Positions 61,078 through 64,000 of a stretch of 64,000 nt of DNA are shown one piece after another. Within the stretch, counting starts at the first letter, position 1; each line of letters begins with the position of its first letter. The stretch comes from Sphingomonadales bacterium (GTDB taxonomy: Bacteria > Pseudomonadota > Alphaproteobacteria > Sphingomonadales > JAKSBY01): the NCBI GenBank assembly GCA_022360855.1, contig JAKSBY010000558.1, positions 1,817-65,816 on the forward strand. The letters run 5' to 3'. The notes under the pieces were generated by a model, which worked only from the letters and a program-made list of their open reading frames with translations, was not told the origin of the DNA and made no database searches. Both the position numbers and the translations under genes were made by a program.

Positions 61078-62025
61078 TCATGCGGTCATGCTCCGAGCCT
61101 TGAGCCCAGCGTCGTACTCGGAAAACGGGACGGCCCGATAGAGACCCGTCACCACCCAGCGCTGAAATCTCTTTAGGTCTTTGCGCGCGTTGTCGTAGAC
61201 CATCGGATACGGTAGGATTCCGCGTTCGACCATCCGGTCGAACCGGTGAAAGATGCGGTCCCAGGTCTCGCGCCGGTCGTAGCCCACGAGCATGTAGGCC
61301 ATCACATGCCGAGACGGAATGCCGGCGGCATTGAGGCGGTCGATACCGTCGAAGAACCGTTGCTCGTCGCCAATGTTGTCCCATGCCGTGTAGAGGCGGC
61401 GCCGTCGAAACTGGTCGTCTCGATACTCTACCGACGCCATCGCCTCGGCCGCTTCGTCGGTGATCAAACGAACGTTGATGCCCTGGCTCAGGCAGACCTT
61501 GAACCCGCCCTCGCGAATTTCCTTGATCCGCTCGCGCCAGTGCTCTTGACCGAAGAAGTCGTTATCCAACAGTAGCAGCTTCTTGGCGTGCCCAGCGCCG
61601 CGCCAAATCTGTTCGACCGTCAGGACCGAATGGTTGGCGCCTTCCTTGGCGGGAACCACGCAGAAGCGGCACTTCATGCGGCACCCGCGCTGCGTGAATC
61701 CGATCGAGGGCTCGAAACCCGGATAGATCGAGTAATCCAACTCGTGGTCACCGACCGTCAAGACATCCTCGACCTTCAAGCCGCGGTCTACTCCCGTCCC
61801 ACCGCAGATCACGTCCTGGAACTCTCTAACGAGCCGGTCTAGCCTTGAACGCGAAAACGAAAAAATGGCGCTCGCATAGACGCGGTCGTAGTCGTATTCG
61901 AAGAGATCGCGCGTCACCCGACGCGTGAACACGACGTCATCGCCTCGGCCGCGATGGTGAGCGGAGATCCGCATCAGCGCGAGATTCGGCAACTTCCCAT
62001 CGATTTGAACGACGCGAACCCTCAT
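61078..62025 (-). CDS. Radical SAM protein with B12-binding-like N-terminal domain
   Basis: CRMKCRFC (CX3CX2C) at about residue 115. The N-terminus VRVVQIDGKLPNLALMRISAHHRGRGDDVVF resembles the cobalamin-binding module of class B enzymes. ATGA overlap with the C5-MTase stop. Confidence 0.8.
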   Translation of the reverse strand: MRVRVVQIDGKLPNLALMRISAHHRGRGDDVVFTRRVTRDLFEYDYDRVYASAIFSFSRSRLDRLVREFQDVICGGTGVDRGLKVEDVLTVGDHELDYSIYPGFEPSIGFTQRGCRMKCRFCVVPAKEGANHSVLTVEQIWRGAGHAKKLLLLDNDFFGQEHWRERIKEIREGGFKVCLSQGINVRLITDEAAEAMASVEYRDDQFRRRRLYTAWDNIGDEQRFFDGIDRLNAAGIPSRHVMAYMLVGYDRRETWDRIFHRFDRMVERGILPYPMVYDNARKDLKRFQRWVVTGLYRAVPFSEYDAGLKARSMTA

Positions 62026-63065
62026 GCCGTCATGCTCCCAAGCTCGCGAACAAGTCCGGGGTCGAGGAAGCGGTCAGCGACGCCGAGAGTTGCCGCAAGA
62101 GAGCAGAACGCAACCGCCGCCTGTAGTGGGCAAACCCCGTTACCGGCGAGCCGCAGTCGGTCCACCCGGGCGGCCATCCCATCAGCCATTCCACAAAGCG
62201 CGGGTTCAACCGACGGGTCGAGCTGCAGGATTTCCGGCCATCGGGGGTCGGTGGGTCCTGGCGCGAAAATCGGTAGGCCATGCTGTTCAAGCGCAGCGAG
62301 CCCGAGCCGTCCCGGCTGTTGGGGCTGCCCTTTGGTCCGGCGCATGATAGAGGCGTCGACCACCGCTCCACCACCTCCTGAAGTGGCCGGGAATTCTTCT
62401 CGAACGTCGCTTCCGACGCCTTGCCCGAACGCGTGTTCGACGCTGCCGGACTCGGCCAATTTTGTGCCGCACCGACCAGCGATGGACGTTCGCGTCCCTT
62501 CTCCCCCCTGTCCCTTTGGTACGCCGATCCCTGCGCGTCCCCAGCGCGGGTTGTAGGCCATGACGAAAAGCCGTTCCCGGCGGTGGCTCGCGCCCGCGTC
62601 CGCCGCCGAGAATATTCCTGCCGCAAGCTCGTAACCCAGTCCTTCCAGTGGCGGGACGATGGCCCCGAACTGCCCGTGGGCGTTCCCCGGCACGTTCTCC
62701 CGGAAGAGACACGCAGGCCGCATTTCGTCAATGATGCGGACAAGCTCGTCGATGAGGTCGCGGCCGTCGGCCTGTCCCCGCCGTTTTCCAGCGAGCGAAT
62801 TGCCCTGGCACGGGTCGCCCGAAATGAGGATATCGACGAGGCCACGATACGGGCGGCCGTCGAAGGTTCGCATGTCAGACCAGACAGGCGCCGGATCCAG
62901 GGCCTGGTCTTCCATCCGCGCCACAAGAGTGGCCGCAGCGTAGGCTTCCCGCTCGATATACACCAGGCTGCGGGCTCCGGTGACGAGCCCGACGGCGACG
63001 TCGAGCATGCCCCCTCCGGCACAAGCGCTGGCGGAATGTAGTACCATGTCATCGGCCTTTCCCAC
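62022..63065 (-). CDS. DNA (cytosine-5)-methyltransferase
   Basis: CAGGGMLD (motif I-like), GDPCQGNS (motif IV PC), RENVPG (motif VI ENV), SHRRERLF (motif VIII). Confidence 0.85.
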   Translation of the reverse strand: MGKADDMVLHSASACAGGGMLDVAVGLVTGARSLVYIEREAYAAATLVARMEDQALDPAPVWSDMRTFDGRPYRGLVDILISGDPCQGNSLAGKRRGQADGRDLIDELVRIIDEMRPACLFRENVPGNAHGQFGAIVPPLEGLGYELAAGIFSAADAGASHRRERLFVMAYNPRWGRAGIGVPKGQGGEGTRTSIAGRCGTKLAESGSVEHAFGQGVGSDVREEFPATSGGGGAVVDASIMRRTKGQPQQPGRLGLAALEQHGLPIFAPGPTDPRWPEILQLDPSVEPALCGMADGMAARVDRLRLAGNGVCPLQAAVAFCSLAATLGVADRFLDPGLVRELGSMTA

Positions 63066-63131
63066 CGCGGGTCGTACGCTTGATTCCCATCAAGGCCCCG
63101 CCGCCGGCGAATTCGTCGATAACCCGCTTCC

Positions 63132-63467
63132 TCATGAGACGGGTCCCCGTCCCTGCCGGGCTGTCCAATGTTCCTTTCGGTTGCGAAACGCGATGACCTC
63201 CGGAACATCGTCGACTTCCAGATAGTGAAACTCGTCGTGAAGCGCGCCGATGGTCCAGCCACCGAAATCCGGCAGGTCATAGAGCAAACGAATGAGATCG
63301 TCGCATCCGATGCAGAAATAGTCATGTGACCAAGAGTGCTCATAATGCAGAGAGTCCTGCACCCGGCAGATATCGCCAGGCTTGATGGGCGCCTGACATT
63401 CCGCGCAAAAATGCCGCTTTCTCGCCCGAACGTGCTTCGTTTCGCAGATGTCGTATTCATCGCTCAT
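63132..63467 (-). CDS. Hypothetical Cys-rich protein (111 aa)
   Basis: …HFCAECQAPIKPGDIC…FCIGCDD…. Overlaps the upstream methylase stop. Confidence 0.5.
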   Translation of the reverse strand: MSDEYDICETKHVRARKRHFCAECQAPIKPGDICRVQDSLHYEHSWSHDYFCIGCDDLIRLLYDLPDFGGWTIGALHDEFHYLEVDDVPEVIAFRNRKEHWTARQGRGPVS

Positions 63468-64000
63468 GTGGTCGGCTCACATAAGTCAATTATATCCAAC
63501 TGAACTTGCTCTGCCTTCAGTGCCGCACTCGCGACAGGATTGAGCCAGAGGTGTTCGGTGCGGGGCCGCGCGCCATCGGCGCGGGCTTTCTTCCTGAAGA
63601 CCTGCCACTCGCCGAGCACGTCTCGATAGAGATCACTGGCATAACCGGAAAGGACAACCATGCCATTGAGCCCGACAAGGCATTCGAGCAACGCCTCGTG
63701 ACCCTCGCGGTCCAATTCGTGGCGGTAACAGCGGTACTTGCCGCCCGACTTCCGCGACTTGTCGGATCGCGCTTCCGGCATATACGGTGGGTCGACATAG
63801 TGCAAAGCGTCGGGTCGGTCATGCCGGCGCAAAACGTTCAGAGCGTCATCGGATTCGATAACCACACCCCGTACGCGTTCGGCGACCAACCTCAACGCCG
63901 CCGGATAGTTTGCCCAATCCGACGCCGGGTGGGCGTTGCAGCGGTGCCCATTTGCGCGGAAGCCGGTTTTTACATCTCGATTCGTTGCGGCTGACCCGAA
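63464..64000 (-). CDS. N6-adenine DNA methyltransferase (Dam/D12-class-like), 5' end outside the window
   Basis: …ALHYVDPPYMPE… (DPPY motif). The frame stays open upstream of the track start to position 64000 (…NRDVKTGFRANGHRCNAHPASDWANYPAAL…). Confidence 0.75.
   Translation of the reverse strand, partial: FGSAATNRDVKTGFRANGHRCNAHPASDWANYPAALRLVAERVRGVVIESDDALNVLRRHDRPDALHYVDPPYMPEARSDKSRKSGGKYRCYRHELDREGHEALLECLVGLNGMVVLSGYASDLYRDVLGEWQVFRKKARADGARPRTEHLWLNPVASAALKAEQVQLDIIDLCEPTT

Larger units (their letters stand above)
23360..64000 (-). mobile_element. Prophage, lambda-like structural gene order, siphovirus-type tail; right end beyond the window
   Basis: A continuous run of phage genes: lysis, tail, head, terminase, replication and DNA methylases. 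The left limit lies somewhere in 22972-23360. No integrase or att repeat was found inside the window. Confidence 0.85.

Noticed and set aside
23000-64000. Search for an integrase, excisionase, CI/Cro-type repressor pair, transposase or reverse transcriptase (a DGR associated with the LamG and repeat proteins).
   Set aside because: No ORF in the window shows tyrosine- or serine-recombinase, DDE or RT motifs. The immunity and integration module is presumably beyond 64 kb, so the prophage limits and any DGR hypothesis cannot be supported from this window.

Overview
High-GC chromosome segment (hand counts of about 62-70% GC on sampled 60-nt lines) that looks alphaproteobacterial, based on gene content and Zur-box-like operators. 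All family names come from motif recognition by eye; no homology search was run.

Layout, left to right:
(i) 1-4.0 kb: lower-GC surface-polysaccharide genes. These are a GT4 glycosyltransferase running off the window, a Wzy/O-antigen-ligase-like membrane protein and a multiply frameshifted pseudogene.
(ii) 4.05-14.9 kb: a zinc-homeostasis block. It holds a DUF3526-type ABC-2 exporter-like trio, a Fur-family (Zur-like) regulator, a fused membrane/spermidine-synthase-like protein, a MerC-like protein and a ZrgABCD-like DUF2796/ABC/FtsX/DUF3299 operon. Palindromic Zur-box-like sites sit in both divergent promoters. The block is bracketed by two 106-bp direct repeats whose first ~26 nt mimic the 3' end of tRNA-Ser.
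(iii) 14.9-22.7 kb: a low-GC two-gene cassette of unknown function, a CadC-like membrane-anchored regulator and a TonB-dependent receptor.
(iv) 22881-22971: tRNA-Ser(GCU), minus strand.
(v) ~23.3 kb to the window end: a prophage with lambda-like gene order on the minus strand.
- Structural genes: small and large terminase, gpW-like, portal, S49 protease/scaffold, decoration, gpE-like capsid, neck, major tail, G/GT chaperone with an AAAAAAC -1 slip site, tape measure, and a LamG-containing tail protein.
- A split lysis cassette with overlapping spanins.
- Morons: an 8-strand-type OMP and a secreted protein.
- An inverted plus-strand module of small genes at 48.1-52.1 kb.
- A tail-fibre-like module.
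- An early region with a primase/helicase, MazG, Gp37/Gp68, B12-type radical SAM, C5- and N6-DNA methyltransferases.

No rRNA, CRISPR array, transposase or integrase was seen in the window.
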